Positions 9,649 to 19,080 of a stretch of 64,000 bases of DNA are shown here, piece after piece (position 1 is the stretch's first letter; each line of letters starts with the position of its first letter). This DNA is from Myxococcota bacterium. GTDB lineage: Bacteria; Myxococcota_A; SURF-8. The stretch covers positions 1,216,001-1,280,000 of the forward strand of contig CAXXQS010000002.1 in assembly GCA_963674735.2 (NCBI GenBank). Direction: 5' to 3'. The notes below the pieces were generated by a model, which was not told the DNA's origin, made no database searches, and worked only from the letters and a program-made list of their open reading frames with translations. The position numbers were made by a program, and so were the translations under genes.

Positions 9649-10832
9649 TGGCGCGACGCAAGCAACAAGCCGGTCTCGGTTTCCTGGTCATCGCCTGCCT
9701 GCTGGTTTTTTCCGGAAGCGTCCATGCGCAGGTGGAAACCTCCGTGGCGGTGCTGCCGGTGCAATCGGCCCAGCGGCTCGGCGTCCTTGAAGACAAAGAG
9801 ATCGTCCAGGCGCTGACAGCTCCCTTGGCTGAACGTGAGGATTACACGATTGTACCGCCGCGTGTGGCGGCCGTGCGGCTGGGTATCATCACCCAAGCGA
9901 TCACCGACCCCGCCTTCATGCAGAAGGCCGGAGAACGACTGGATGTAAAACAGGTGGTTGCCTGCCGTCTTTCTTCCAGTGCCGCCTCCCGCGAAGATCG
10001 GAAAAACTATCGGTATTCGCTGGCCTATTACGATGTGGACGGTCGTGCCATGATGGCGATGAGCGAGGGCCAGTGCAGTATTTGTTCGCCCCCCGAACTG
10101 GGACGGAAAATCGCCTTGGAAACCAAACGCTTGTATGCCGGTCCCTATCCGCTTGGCCTCGATACGGAGCCGTCCGGAGCGGTGGTTTACAATAAAGGCG
10201 AGAGTTGGGGACAAACACCGATTCGGCGCCCCTTGCCGGAAGGCAGCTATAAAGTCGTTTTGGCCCGCGATGGCTATAAGCGTATGGAGGTCGAATTCCC
10301 CATGCCCGGCGATCGTCCGCTTTACGCAACCCTGCCACTCGAAAAAGATCCCAACTGGACAGGCCCCATTCCGGTTGCCGTCGCGCCGGTTTCCCCGGCG
10401 GAAACCGCGCCGACCCAGCCCATGGAAGCGAATGCTCCGCCGTCGGGTGAAAGTCCGGCGTTCGAAGCCACTCGGCCAAGCGAGGTTTCCCGGGTTGAGG
10501 AAGCCATGTCGCCGCAACGGGCCTGGGGTTGGCGCAGCATCGGTTTGTCGGCTGCGACCTTTGCAGGCGGACTCGGTTTGACGCTGGCTTCTTTGCATGC
10601 CGATGACAAAGCGAGCGATACGCGGCTTCTGTCCGATACCCGCCAGGGCTATGCGGATCGACGGGACGGCTACGCAATCGGTTCCTATGTCATGTACGGT
10701 CTGGCCGGTGCGGCGTTGACCACCGGTCTGGTGCTGATCCTGACCGATCAACCACCCGACAGCGCCCGCGTGTCGATTGCGCCCGTTCTGGCTCCCGATG
10801 GCGCGGGCGTGCAGGCTCTTGTGCGCTATTAG
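9648..10832 (+). CDS. PEGA-domain membrane/surface protein
   Basis: Signal peptide; PEGA motif DTEPSGAVVY...GQTP...LPEGSYKVVLARDGY; C-terminal hydrophobic helices and a terminal beta strand ending in Y. Confidence 0.8.
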   Translation: MARRKQQAGLGFLVIACLLVFSGSVHAQVETSVAVLPVQSAQRLGVLEDKEIVQALTAPLAEREDYTIVPPRVAAVRLGIITQAITDPAFMQKAGERLDVKQVVACRLSSSAASREDRKNYRYSLAYYDVDGRAMMAMSEGQCSICSPPELGRKIALETKRLYAGPYPLGLDTEPSGAVVYNKGESWGQTPIRRPLPEGSYKVVLARDGYKRMEVEFPMPGDRPLYATLPLEKDPNWTGPIPVAVAPVSPAETAPTQPMEANAPPSGESPAFEATRPSEVSRVEEAMSPQRAWGWRSIGLSAATFAGGLGLTLASLHADDKASDTRLLSDTRQGYADRRDGYAIGSYVMYGLAGAALTTGLVLILTDQPPDSARVSIAPVLAPDGAGVQALVRY

Positions 10833-10891
10833 AAGTCGCGGAGGTCAAGATGTTCGATTACACGAATTACGTCAGTCGAGGGAATGAAACC

Positions 10892-13800
10892 ATGTGGCGT
10901 CTCCCTGAATGGATAAGCGTCGGGATTCTGACTTTGTTGGTGGGGTTGTTCACGCTGGGTTGCGATCCGATGAACAAGCTGGCCAATCTGGTGACGGGCG
11001 AGGGAGATTGCGAACGAGCGGTGGGGCATCTCGATGAATGTTGCCGGGACACCGCCTCCGCCAGCTACCCGGCCGCCTGTTCCGCCTTCAATGCCGGTGT
11101 CAGCGAAGCGCTTCTCAACTCCCTGATCATGGTCTGCGAGGAAGCGGGGGCCGAGTTCATAGGTGAGGACGGCGCACGTTTGTCCGCCTCCGATGCCGCC
11201 GGACTCGACTGCGAGTCGTTTCTGTCGAGACTGGAGGAGATTTACGGCTCCAGCGATGGCGACACGGATGGGGATGAGGATGGCGATACCGACGAATTTG
11301 AAATTCCCGAGCAGGAAACGGATGAGGATGTCGACGGGGATAAGCCCGCCTGCAATGAGGGGCAAGGTTGCGACGACAACGATCCTTGCACCGAAAATGA
11401 TATGTGTGAGGACGGCCTTTGCGAGGGATCGCCGCTCGATTGTAGTTCGTTTGAAGATCTCTGTAACGATGCGGCCTGCGTAAACGGTGCGTGTGTCAAA
11501 ACGCCGATCAACGATGGGGCGTCCTGTGGCGAGGGTCCCGACGCCTGTGTGCCGCTGGTCTGTCAACAGGGCGATTGCGTTCAGGAACCGCTGGCCGACG
11601 ACAGCCTCTGCAACGATGAAGATCCCTGTACACAAGACGACCATTGCGTGGAATCGGTTTGCACCGGAACGCCGAAAATCTGCGCCGACACGAATGCCTG
11701 TACCGCCGATTCCTGCGACAGTACGACCGGCGACTGCGTGTTCGACCCGGTCGCGATGAACAGTGAAAGCTGCAACGACAACGACGCCTGCACCGTTAAC
11801 GACGTTTGCGCGGCCGGAATCTGCGCCGGGGCGGCCAAGGATTGTTCCGGTTTGGACGACGCGTGCAACGAAGGCGTCTGCGGAGACGGCGGGATCTGCG
11901 AAAAGAGTCCGACCAACCAGGGGGGAAACTGCAACGACGGCAATCTCTGCACCGAAAACGACAGCTGCGATTCGGGTATCTGCGCCGGGACGGCGAAAGT
12001 CTGTGCCGACAGCGAGTTCTGCACCTCGGATTACTGCAATGAGGCGACCGGTTTGTGTGTTTTCAACGGGGATCTGATGGAAAACACGGGTTGCAACGAC
12101 AATGATGCCTGCACGGTGGGGGATCGCTGCACGGGTGGAAGCTGCGTGCCGACGGGGCCGAAAGATTGTAGCGCTTTCGATGACGACTGCAATGAAGGCG
12201 TTTGCAACGAAGGTACCTGCTCGGCCAGTCCGATCAATGAAGCGGGAGAGTGCAACGATAACAACAAGTGCACCTTGAACGATACCTGCGAACAAGGGGT
12301 GTGCGGCGGAGATGCGAAGAACTGCGACGACGGCAAGTTCTGCACCAGCGATTCCTGCGAGCCATCTTCCGGCAACTGCCTGAACAATCCCTTCCCCATG
12401 CAAGGGGAGGATTGCGACGACGAGGACGATTGCACCGTCGGTGACCGCTGTGTGAGCGGCGCGTGTCTGCCGACCGGTCCGCGGGATTGTTCGGCTTTCG
12501 CCGATGCCTGCAACGATGGTGTTTGCGAAGAGGGAAGCTGTTCGGCGCAGCCCAAAGAAGATCTGACGCCATGCAACGACAAAGATTCCTGTACGGTCGG
12601 TGATCGCTGCGTGAGCGGAGACTGCCTACCGACCGGTCCCCTGGACTGCAGCGCGTTTGACGACACCTGTAACGAAGGAGTGTGCAGCGGCGGCGTCTGC
12701 TCGGCCAGCCCAATCAACGAAGAAGGCGATTGCGATGACGAGGACGATTGCACGGTCGGTGATCGCTGCGTGAGCGGAGACTGCCTACCGACCGGTCCGC
12801 TGGACTGCAGCGCTTTCGACGACGCCTGCAACGAGGGTGTGTGCAGCGGCGGTACCTGTTCGGCCAGCCCAATCAACGAAGAGGGCGGCTGCGACGACGA
12901 GGATGATTGCACGGTGGGTGACCGCTGCGTGAGCGGCGACTGCCTGCCGACCGGTCCCCTGGACTGCAGCGCTTTCGACGACGCCTGCAACGAGGGTGTG
13001 TGCAGCGGCGGTGTCTGCTCGGCCAGCCCGATCAATGAGGCGGGCGAGTGCGACGATGACGATGATTGCACCATCGGTGATCGCTGCGTGAGCGGAGACT
13101 GCCTGCCGACCGGTCCCCTGGACTGCAGCGCGTTTGACGACACCTGCAACGAGGGTGTGTGCAGCGGTGGTGTCTGCTCGGCCAGCCCGATCAATGAGGC
13201 GGGCGAGTGCGACGATGACGATGATTGCACCATCGGTGATCGCTGCGTGAGCGGAGACTGCCTGCCGACCGGTCCGCTGGACTGCAGCGCTTTCGACGAC
13301 GCCTGCAACGAGGGTGTGTGCAGCGGCGGCGTCTGCTCGGCCAGCCCGATCAATGAGGATGGCGAATGCAACGATGACGATGATTGCACCATCGGTGATC
13401 GCTGCGTGAGCGGAGACTGCCTGCCGACCGGTCCGCTGGACTGCAGCGCTTTCGACGACGCCTGCAACGAGGGTGTGTGCAGCGGCGGCGTCTGCTCGGC
13501 CAGCCCGATCAATGAGGATGGCGAATGCAACGATGACGATGATTGCACCATCGGTGATCGCTGCGTGAGCGGCGACTGCCTCGGCGACGCCGTGGACTGC
13601 TCGGCGTTTTCGAACCAGTGCAACGACGGAATCTGTGTGGACAACCTGGGCGCGCCGCAGTGCGTGGCGGATCCGCTGCCGGAAGGCACGCCCTGCGACG
13701 ATACCGATCCGGGCACCTTCAACGACGCCTGCGACGAAACGGGCCTGTGCGCCGGCGACACGCTGCCGCAGAGCACCGACCCGACTTCCGGGCGGCTGGC

Positions 13801-16390
13801 ACTGACCCTGCCTGTCGAGGCCGGTCCACTGGTCGATACGGTCTGTATTCACGTCACGCTGAGTGGCGCGGATCTGTCGAGTGCGGGCGTGGAATTTACG
13901 AGTGCGGAAGGAACCCTGCTCGATCCGCCGCTGGCCGATCATCCGGCGGCCGTCTCACCGCTCGACATCGAACTCGAAAGCACGCAATTCGCAGGTGAGG
14001 AACGTGCGGGAGATTGGGTGCTCGAAGTTCAGGTAGACGACCCCGGCGTCCCGGCGACGGTCGACGTCTTCACCCTCGATTTCGCCGCCTGCCCGGTGAT
14101 CGACGGCGATATGGATGATGAACTGGAGCTTGAGGACGAGCTTGAGGATGAGTTGGAGCTTGAAGACGAAATCGAAGCCGAGCCTGAAACCGACGGCGAT
14201 GCGGAGGTTGAAACCGAGACCGGCCCTTTTTTCGTTCCCATTGAGGCGGGGTCTTTCTGGATGGGCAGCCCTAGCGGTTGCCCGGGACCGGACGGTTATC
14301 CCGGCGATTGCACGGCCGAGTTGGGGCGAGAATCGGACGAGACGCTGCATTACGTGGAGTTGACCTATGACTTCGAGTTGATGACTACGGAGGTTACGCA
14401 GGGCCAGTGGCGTGCTGTTGCCCAAGCGGAAGGTTGGGGCGAAGACCCGAGCTACTATTCTGCTTGTGGCGACGACTGTCCGGTGGAACTCGTAAGCTGG
14501 TTTGAGGTATTGGAATACGCCAATGCGTTAAGTCGAAATGCTGGACTGACGGAATGTTACGTTCTTTCTGGTTGCACGGGGACCATCGGTTCGGGATGTG
14601 GCGGCAACTATTACTGCTATGACGGTTATAGCTGTACGACCGTGAGCTTGAACGGTGTGACGAAACCGCAGGACTGTGAAGGGTACAGATTGCCGACAGA
14701 AGCGGAGTGGGAATATTCGATCCGAGCAGGAACGACAACAGCGTTTTATAATGGTGGGATAACCCAACAATACCGAGATCCGTTAGATCCCAATCTGGAT
14801 GAAATCGGGTGGTATGGCGGCAATTCGGGAGTTGACTATTCTGGAGGGTGGAACTGTAGTGGCTGGTATCCGGGTTCAACGACTTGCGGCACCCATCCTG
14901 TAGCGTCTAAAGCACCCAACGCCTGGGGTTTGTATGACATGAGCGGCAACCTTTGGGAGTGGACCTGGGACTGGTATCAGAGTGCGTATCAGAACGATTT
15001 AGATACTGACCCAATAGGACCGAGTACAGGCTCGTACCGCGTCGATCGTGGCGGCAGTTGGGGCCACTACGCGTGGTACTGCCGGTCGGCGGGCCGTCTT
15101 TACTACTCGCCCGGCGCTCGCAGCAACCGCGTCGGTGCCCGTCTCTGTAGGTCGATTTCGGGCGGCACGCCCGACGGTGACATGGATGAAGAACTGGAGC
15201 TCGACGACGAGCTTGAACTCGAAATCGAACAGGAAGAGGAAATCGACGGCGACGCGGACGAAGAATTTGAGCTTGAGGACGAGCTTGAGGACGACCTCGA
15301 CATCGAGTGGGAAAACGACCTCGACACCGACGGCGATGCGGAGCTTGAGGACACCGAGTTCATTTACGCCACCGGCTTCTGCGACACCAACCTCTGCTGG
15401 CCCGTCCTGCCCACCAACCAGGACGGCTGCTTCAGCACGTCGAGTTCCATCACCTGCCCCGACACGGCGGGTTCGGAAACCTGTGGAACAACCGATTACT
15501 GCGGCCAGGACGCGCAGTATTCCCACAACTCGCGCACCTTCGACTGTTACGACGCCCTCGGGGCGCTGCAAGACCCCTGCGACGAAACCGCCGACGTCGA
15601 CGAGGTAGTGGTCGATACCTTCACCGGCCTGATGTGGCAGCGCCAGCTACCCACACTTTACGACGGCTGCACGGGCGGCACCACCAGCGGAACCTACTGC
15701 AAATGGCAGGAGGCGCTCGATTACTGCGACGGGCTGGACTACGGCGGCTATCAGGACTGGCGGCTGCCTGCGCCGCACGAACTCTACAGCCTCATGGACG
15801 CCGCGACGCGCGGCGTCGCCATCGATCTGGACGTGTTCGTAGGGACGCCCATGACGCTTTTCTGGACCTCCGCGCCCTACGCCGGCAGTTCCTCGAATGC
15901 GTGGTACGTCAATTTCTCGCGGGGCATCGTCGACTATACGAGCAAAACGTATACGAGCAAGGCCCGCTGCGTCCGCGGCGGCCCGGCGGAATCGGACGCC
16001 CCGGCAAGCGAGCGCTGGGTGGTGTCGGGCGAAGTGGACGAAGAGATCGTGACGGATCGGCTCACCGGCCTGATCTGGCAGAAAACCATCCCGGCGAGTC
16101 GATACTGGACGGAAGCCCTGGCTTACTGCGAAAGCCTTACTTACGCCGGGCGCAGCGACTGGCGCTTGCCGACGGCACACGAGCTGCAAAGCCTGGTCGA
16201 TTACGGGTTGGACCATCCGGCCTCGACGCTGCCCGGCATGGCGTCCTCCACCGTGTTCTGGTCTTCGACCACCAGCGTGGACTACGCCGATACGGCCTAT
16301 TACATGCGCGTGTCCAGCGGTGGGTTGGGCGACACTTACGACAAGACCATCAATCAGTACTGGCCGCGCTGCGTCACCGGCGGGCCGTAA
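10892..16390 (+). CDS. giant Cys-rich surface lipoprotein: Cys repeats, P-domain-like module, FGE-sulfatase (SUMF1) domain and two DUF1566 domains
   Basis: Lipobox TLGC; CDDxDxCTxD repeats; FGE motifs (TTEVTQGQW, YRLPTEAEWEY, PNAWGLYDMSGNLWEW, RGGSW); two DxxTGLxWQ...WRLPxxxEL...RCV domains. Confidence 0.9.
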   Translation: MWRLPEWISVGILTLLVGLFTLGCDPMNKLANLVTGEGDCERAVGHLDECCRDTASASYPAACSAFNAGVSEALLNSLIMVCEEAGAEFIGEDGARLSASDAAGLDCESFLSRLEEIYGSSDGDTDGDEDGDTDEFEIPEQETDEDVDGDKPACNEGQGCDDNDPCTENDMCEDGLCEGSPLDCSSFEDLCNDAACVNGACVKTPINDGASCGEGPDACVPLVCQQGDCVQEPLADDSLCNDEDPCTQDDHCVESVCTGTPKICADTNACTADSCDSTTGDCVFDPVAMNSESCNDNDACTVNDVCAAGICAGAAKDCSGLDDACNEGVCGDGGICEKSPTNQGGNCNDGNLCTENDSCDSGICAGTAKVCADSEFCTSDYCNEATGLCVFNGDLMENTGCNDNDACTVGDRCTGGSCVPTGPKDCSAFDDDCNEGVCNEGTCSASPINEAGECNDNNKCTLNDTCEQGVCGGDAKNCDDGKFCTSDSCEPSSGNCLNNPFPMQGEDCDDEDDCTVGDRCVSGACLPTGPRDCSAFADACNDGVCEEGSCSAQPKEDLTPCNDKDSCTVGDRCVSGDCLPTGPLDCSAFDDTCNEGVCSGGVCSASPINEEGDCDDEDDCTVGDRCVSGDCLPTGPLDCSAFDDACNEGVCSGGTCSASPINEEGGCDDEDDCTVGDRCVSGDCLPTGPLDCSAFDDACNEGVCSGGVCSASPINEAGECDDDDDCTIGDRCVSGDCLPTGPLDCSAFDDTCNEGVCSGGVCSASPINEAGECDDDDDCTIGDRCVSGDCLPTGPLDCSAFDDACNEGVCSGGVCSASPINEDGECNDDDDCTIGDRCVSGDCLPTGPLDCSAFDDACNEGVCSGGVCSASPINEDGECNDDDDCTIGDRCVSGDCLGDAVDCSAFSNQCNDGICVDNLGAPQCVADPLPEGTPCDDTDPGTFNDACDETGLCAGDTLPQSTDPTSGRLALTLPVEAGPLVDTVCIHVTLSGADLSSAGVEFTSAEGTLLDPPLADHPAAVSPLDIELESTQFAGEERAGDWVLEVQVDDPGVPATVDVFTLDFAACPVIDGDMDDELELEDELEDELELEDEIEAEPETDGDAEVETETGPFFVPIEAGSFWMGSPSGCPGPDGYPGDCTAELGRESDETLHYVELTYDFELMTTEVTQGQWRAVAQAEGWGEDPSYYSACGDDCPVELVSWFEVLEYANALSRNAGLTECYVLSGCTGTIGSGCGGNYYCYDGYSCTTVSLNGVTKPQDCEGYRLPTEAEWEYSIRAGTTTAFYNGGITQQYRDPLDPNLDEIGWYGGNSGVDYSGGWNCSGWYPGSTTCGTHPVASKAPNAWGLYDMSGNLWEWTWDWYQSAYQNDLDTDPIGPSTGSYRVDRGGSWGHYAWYCRSAGRLYYSPGARSNRVGARLCRSISGGTPDGDMDEELELDDELELEIEQEEEIDGDADEEFELEDELEDDLDIEWENDLDTDGDAELEDTEFIYATGFCDTNLCWPVLPTNQDGCFSTSSSITCPDTAGSETCGTTDYCGQDAQYSHNSRTFDCYDALGALQDPCDETADVDEVVVDTFTGLMWQRQLPTLYDGCTGGTTSGTYCKWQEALDYCDGLDYGGYQDWRLPAPHELYSLMDAATRGVAIDLDVFVGTPMTLFWTSAPYAGSSSNAWYVNFSRGIVDYTSKTYTSKARCVRGGPAESDAPASERWVVSGEVDEEIVTDRLTGLIWQKTIPASRYWTEALAYCESLTYAGRSDWRLPTAHELQSLVDYGLDHPASTLPGMASSTVFWSSTTSVDYADTAYYMRVSSGGLGDTYDKTINQYWPRCVTGGP
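12413..13582 (+). repeat. intragenic 159-bp (53-aa) tandem repeat, 7 copies plus a partial copy
   Basis: Unit CDDxDDCTxGDRCVSGDCLPTGPLDCSAFDDACNEGVCSGGVCSASPINExGE starts at 12413, 12572, 12731, 12890, 13049, 13208, 13367 and 13526; a more diverged copy lies near 12092. Confidence 0.95.
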
Positions 16391-16412
16391 GGGCGTGAGA
16401 ATTTCCCACCCA

Positions 16413-17486
16413 TCACGAAAGAATCGGTAGATCCGAGCGGCATCCGGCGGCGGGGGCCATGTACGTCAACCTGTCGGTGAAATGCGTCGCCGGTTCAGAT
16501 CCGAGGCAGACCGCTGCGGTAAGGGTTGCGCGGTCGCAATCCGCATACGTATCGAGTGCCCAGATCGCCTGGAACTGCTCGGGTTTCCCGATCAGGGCGA
16601 CGCCCTCGTTTCCGGCAACGGCATCCAAGGTCTGTTTGGCGTCGAAGCTTCGCATCAGCAGCGTGCGTTTACCCCAGAACACGGCGCTCGCCAACTGGCC
16701 GAGCAACCCCAGATCGTAGGCCGGTAAATTGGCGATAATGCAGGCCGCGTCTTCCAAACCGATGGCCCCGATCAGCATGTTGGAATACGAGATGCTTCGA
16801 TGAGACAGCGTGTGTAGGGTTGGCTTTTTCTCTGTTCGGGTGACCAGCTGCGCCACAGCCGGATCGTCTTCATCGATTTCCATGCCACGCATCGTGAAGC
16901 GATTCAGGACGTCCGAATCCATCCCCTTTTCATACTCCGCTTTCGCAAATATCCGTGCGTCCTCGATAAAGCTTTCACCCGCGATGCAACCGGCGGGCGG
17001 GTCGGCGGTGCCGAAACAGATCAGAGTTTCAAGTGCCGGGCAGGCCGCTTTTAAGTTGTCTGCAAAGTCGGGTTCACGGGAGGGCAGGTCGCCCTCGATC
17101 GCGCAGGCCTTGACCGTGAGCTCGGCCACCGCATCCGCAAGCATTTGGAGATCGGTTTGAGGGTTCAAAACCAGGTATAGAGCGCCGATTTTCAAGCAAC
17201 TGTAGGCCAAGAGCGCCTGCTCCGCCTGCATCGGCAAATAGGAGGCAAACACATCGCCTTTCTCGAATCCCAGATCGATGAGTTTGGCGGCAATGGCCGT
17301 GGTCGTCTGTTCGAATTCTTGCCAGGTGTACGACACCCCGCCGACGGCATCGGTCAAGGCGATTGCCTGCGGTTGGGTTTCCGCTTGGTTGGCCAAGGCC
17401 TCGTCGAGCAGGTGGCGGTCGGCAAAGTCTCGTTCGTAGTTGTCCCGGGTCAATTCCGTCCATCCGTTTTGATTGGAGCGTGTCAT
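16413..17486 (-). CDS. truncated, degenerate AMP-binding (acyl-CoA synthetase-like) protein
   Basis: N-terminal ANL-family pattern (YTWQEF...IAAKLIDLGFEKGD...CLKIGALYLVLNP); the P-loop is degenerate and the C-terminal part is absent; GGAGG RBS. Confidence 0.65.
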   Translation of the reverse strand: MTRSNQNGWTELTRDNYERDFADRHLLDEALANQAETQPQAIALTDAVGGVSYTWQEFEQTTTAIAAKLIDLGFEKGDVFASYLPMQAEQALLAYSCLKIGALYLVLNPQTDLQMLADAVAELTVKACAIEGDLPSREPDFADNLKAACPALETLICFGTADPPAGCIAGESFIEDARIFAKAEYEKGMDSDVLNRFTMRGMEIDEDDPAVAQLVTRTEKKPTLHTLSHRSISYSNMLIGAIGLEDAACIIANLPAYDLGLLGQLASAVFWGKRTLLMRSFDAKQTLDAVAGNEGVALIGKPEQFQAIWALDTYADCDRATLTAAVCLGSEPATHFTDRLTYMAPAAGCRSDLPILS

Positions 17487-17684
17487 CTGCAACCTCCGTA
17501 GTACGAATCGTCACGTGTCAGATCCGACTGTACCAAATAACCGACAATAAACAAGTAAAAGTATGAAATATGCTTTTCAGGGTCGGAATCCGGCTCTTTT
17601 CTTACCCCTTGCCTTGTTCTTCGACTTCTGTTAGCTTACATTCAGTGTAGGATTTGACTTCACCCCGTAGGCAAGGAGGCGAAC

Positions 17685-18635
17685 ATGCCCCGGTACGGTC
17701 GTTTTATCGGATCGCTTCTCGTGTGGGCGACGTTGATCGCCTTGACTGTCATGGCCTGCAGTGCGGCCGATCTCCATCGTAAACGCGCCGATCGCTTTTT
17801 CACGCGCGGCTTGTATGCCAAGGCGTTACCCGAATACCGATCCGTTATGGAGAAAGCCGGTCCGAGCTTCGACGTGCACTATTCCGTGGGTGTTTGCCAT
17901 CTCAGGTTGAAGGAATATGCGGCTGCTTGCGAGGCCTTCGAACAGGCACGGGCGCTGCAGCCGGACTTCCCCGATACCTATGCGCATCTGGCGGCCTGCT
18001 ACGGCGGGCAGAAGCGGATGGACAAGGCCACCGCTGCCTGGGAGGCGTTGCTGGCAATCAGTCCCGAGCATGTGCAGGCCAACCTGGAGCTGGGGGGTAT
18101 TTATTACGACCAGGGACGCTACAGCGACGCCGAGAAGTGCTATCGTGCTTACCTGAAGCAAAAACCCGACGATGTGGCCTTGCGGTCGTCCTTGGGCGCC
18201 TCGTTGATCGCCCAAAAGCGTTACGAGGGAGCGATTCAGGAACTGAAGACGGCGTTGGCCGTCAATCCGAAGTATCTTTCGGCCCATTACAATCTGGGGG
18301 TGGCCTATCTGTCGGCGGGCCGAACCGACGACGCCCTGCGTTCGTTCATCGTGGTCACCGAAATGTCGCCCGCCTACCAGGAAGGCTGGGTCAATCTGGC
18401 GGCCACCTATTGCCGCCAAGGTGATGGACTTCGCGCCATCGATGCCTTGGCGCGCGCCAAAGAAAACGGGTTCACCGATTGGGCGCGCATCGAAAAAGAT
18501 GGGGATTTCAGAATCATCGTCAACCATCTGCGCTACCGTGAACTCAAGCTGGGGCGGCCCATCGAGAGTGAGGAAGAAGCAGTTCCGGTGGACGATCCCG
18601 ATACGGCGAAAAATGGTGAAGCGAAAAGCGAGTGA
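17685..18635 (+). CDS. TPR-repeat lipoprotein
   Basis: AAGGAGG RBS; lipobox VMAC; several TPRs (e.g. AHYNLGVAYL). Confidence 0.85.
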   Translation: MPRYGRFIGSLLVWATLIALTVMACSAADLHRKRADRFFTRGLYAKALPEYRSVMEKAGPSFDVHYSVGVCHLRLKEYAAACEAFEQARALQPDFPDTYAHLAACYGGQKRMDKATAAWEALLAISPEHVQANLELGGIYYDQGRYSDAEKCYRAYLKQKPDDVALRSSLGASLIAQKRYEGAIQELKTALAVNPKYLSAHYNLGVAYLSAGRTDDALRSFIVVTEMSPAYQEGWVNLAATYCRQGDGLRAIDALARAKENGFTDWARIEKDGDFRIIVNHLRYRELKLGRPIESEEEAVPVDDPDTAKNGEAKSE

Positions 18636-18729
18636 CCCTTTTTCTCCATTGTGTGAAATAATTTCCAATGTCGTGGGAATCATTTGTGGCGTTTGGTGCT
18701 CTCTCCACTTGTGAAAGGAGAGTGCCGCC

Positions 18730-18873
18730 ATGCCTCATCAACGTCCCTTACGTCCTCGTGCCGCTGTTTTTACCGCTGCCCATGAAGCCGCCGTTATCCG
18801 TCTGGCCTTTGCCGCGATTACGGGTTCCGGCGTCGCTCTGGCTTTCATCATCCTTTGGCGATTGGCTCTTTAA
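18730..18873 (+). CDS. candidate 47-aa small membrane protein (below the ORF-track cutoff)
   Basis: AAGGAG 9 nt upstream of ATG; translation MPHQRPLRPRAAVFTAAHEAAVIRLAFAAITGSGVALAFIILWRLAL with a hydrophobic C-terminal helix. Confidence 0.45.
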   Translation: MPHQRPLRPRAAVFTAAHEAAVIRLAFAAITGSGVALAFIILWRLAL

Positions 18874-19080
18874 TCTGAGTGATTACAGGGCTGTCTTCTA
18901 CCCCTTTCTCTGGCCGTCGTCCCTTAAAATTCTTGCGCCTTTTAAGCAAGCGTGCTAACCATAGTGAGATGAATTCTGTGGTTAAAGCGCGTTTTTAGGT
19001 CATCCAGCCGACAGGGAGGTTTGCAATAAGTATGGCCGGGTTGATCGAAGGGACGCTTCCGCGATGAAGGGGAGATATCC

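Noticed and set aside
12413-13582. Tandem repeats as a CRISPR array
   Set aside because: Units are 159 bp, in frame, lack unique spacers, and no cas genes are present.
10829-13942. Long antisense ORFs (10829-12403, 12031-13776, 12785-13942)
   Set aside because: They are stop-poor mirrors of the repetitive, GC3-biased sense gene.
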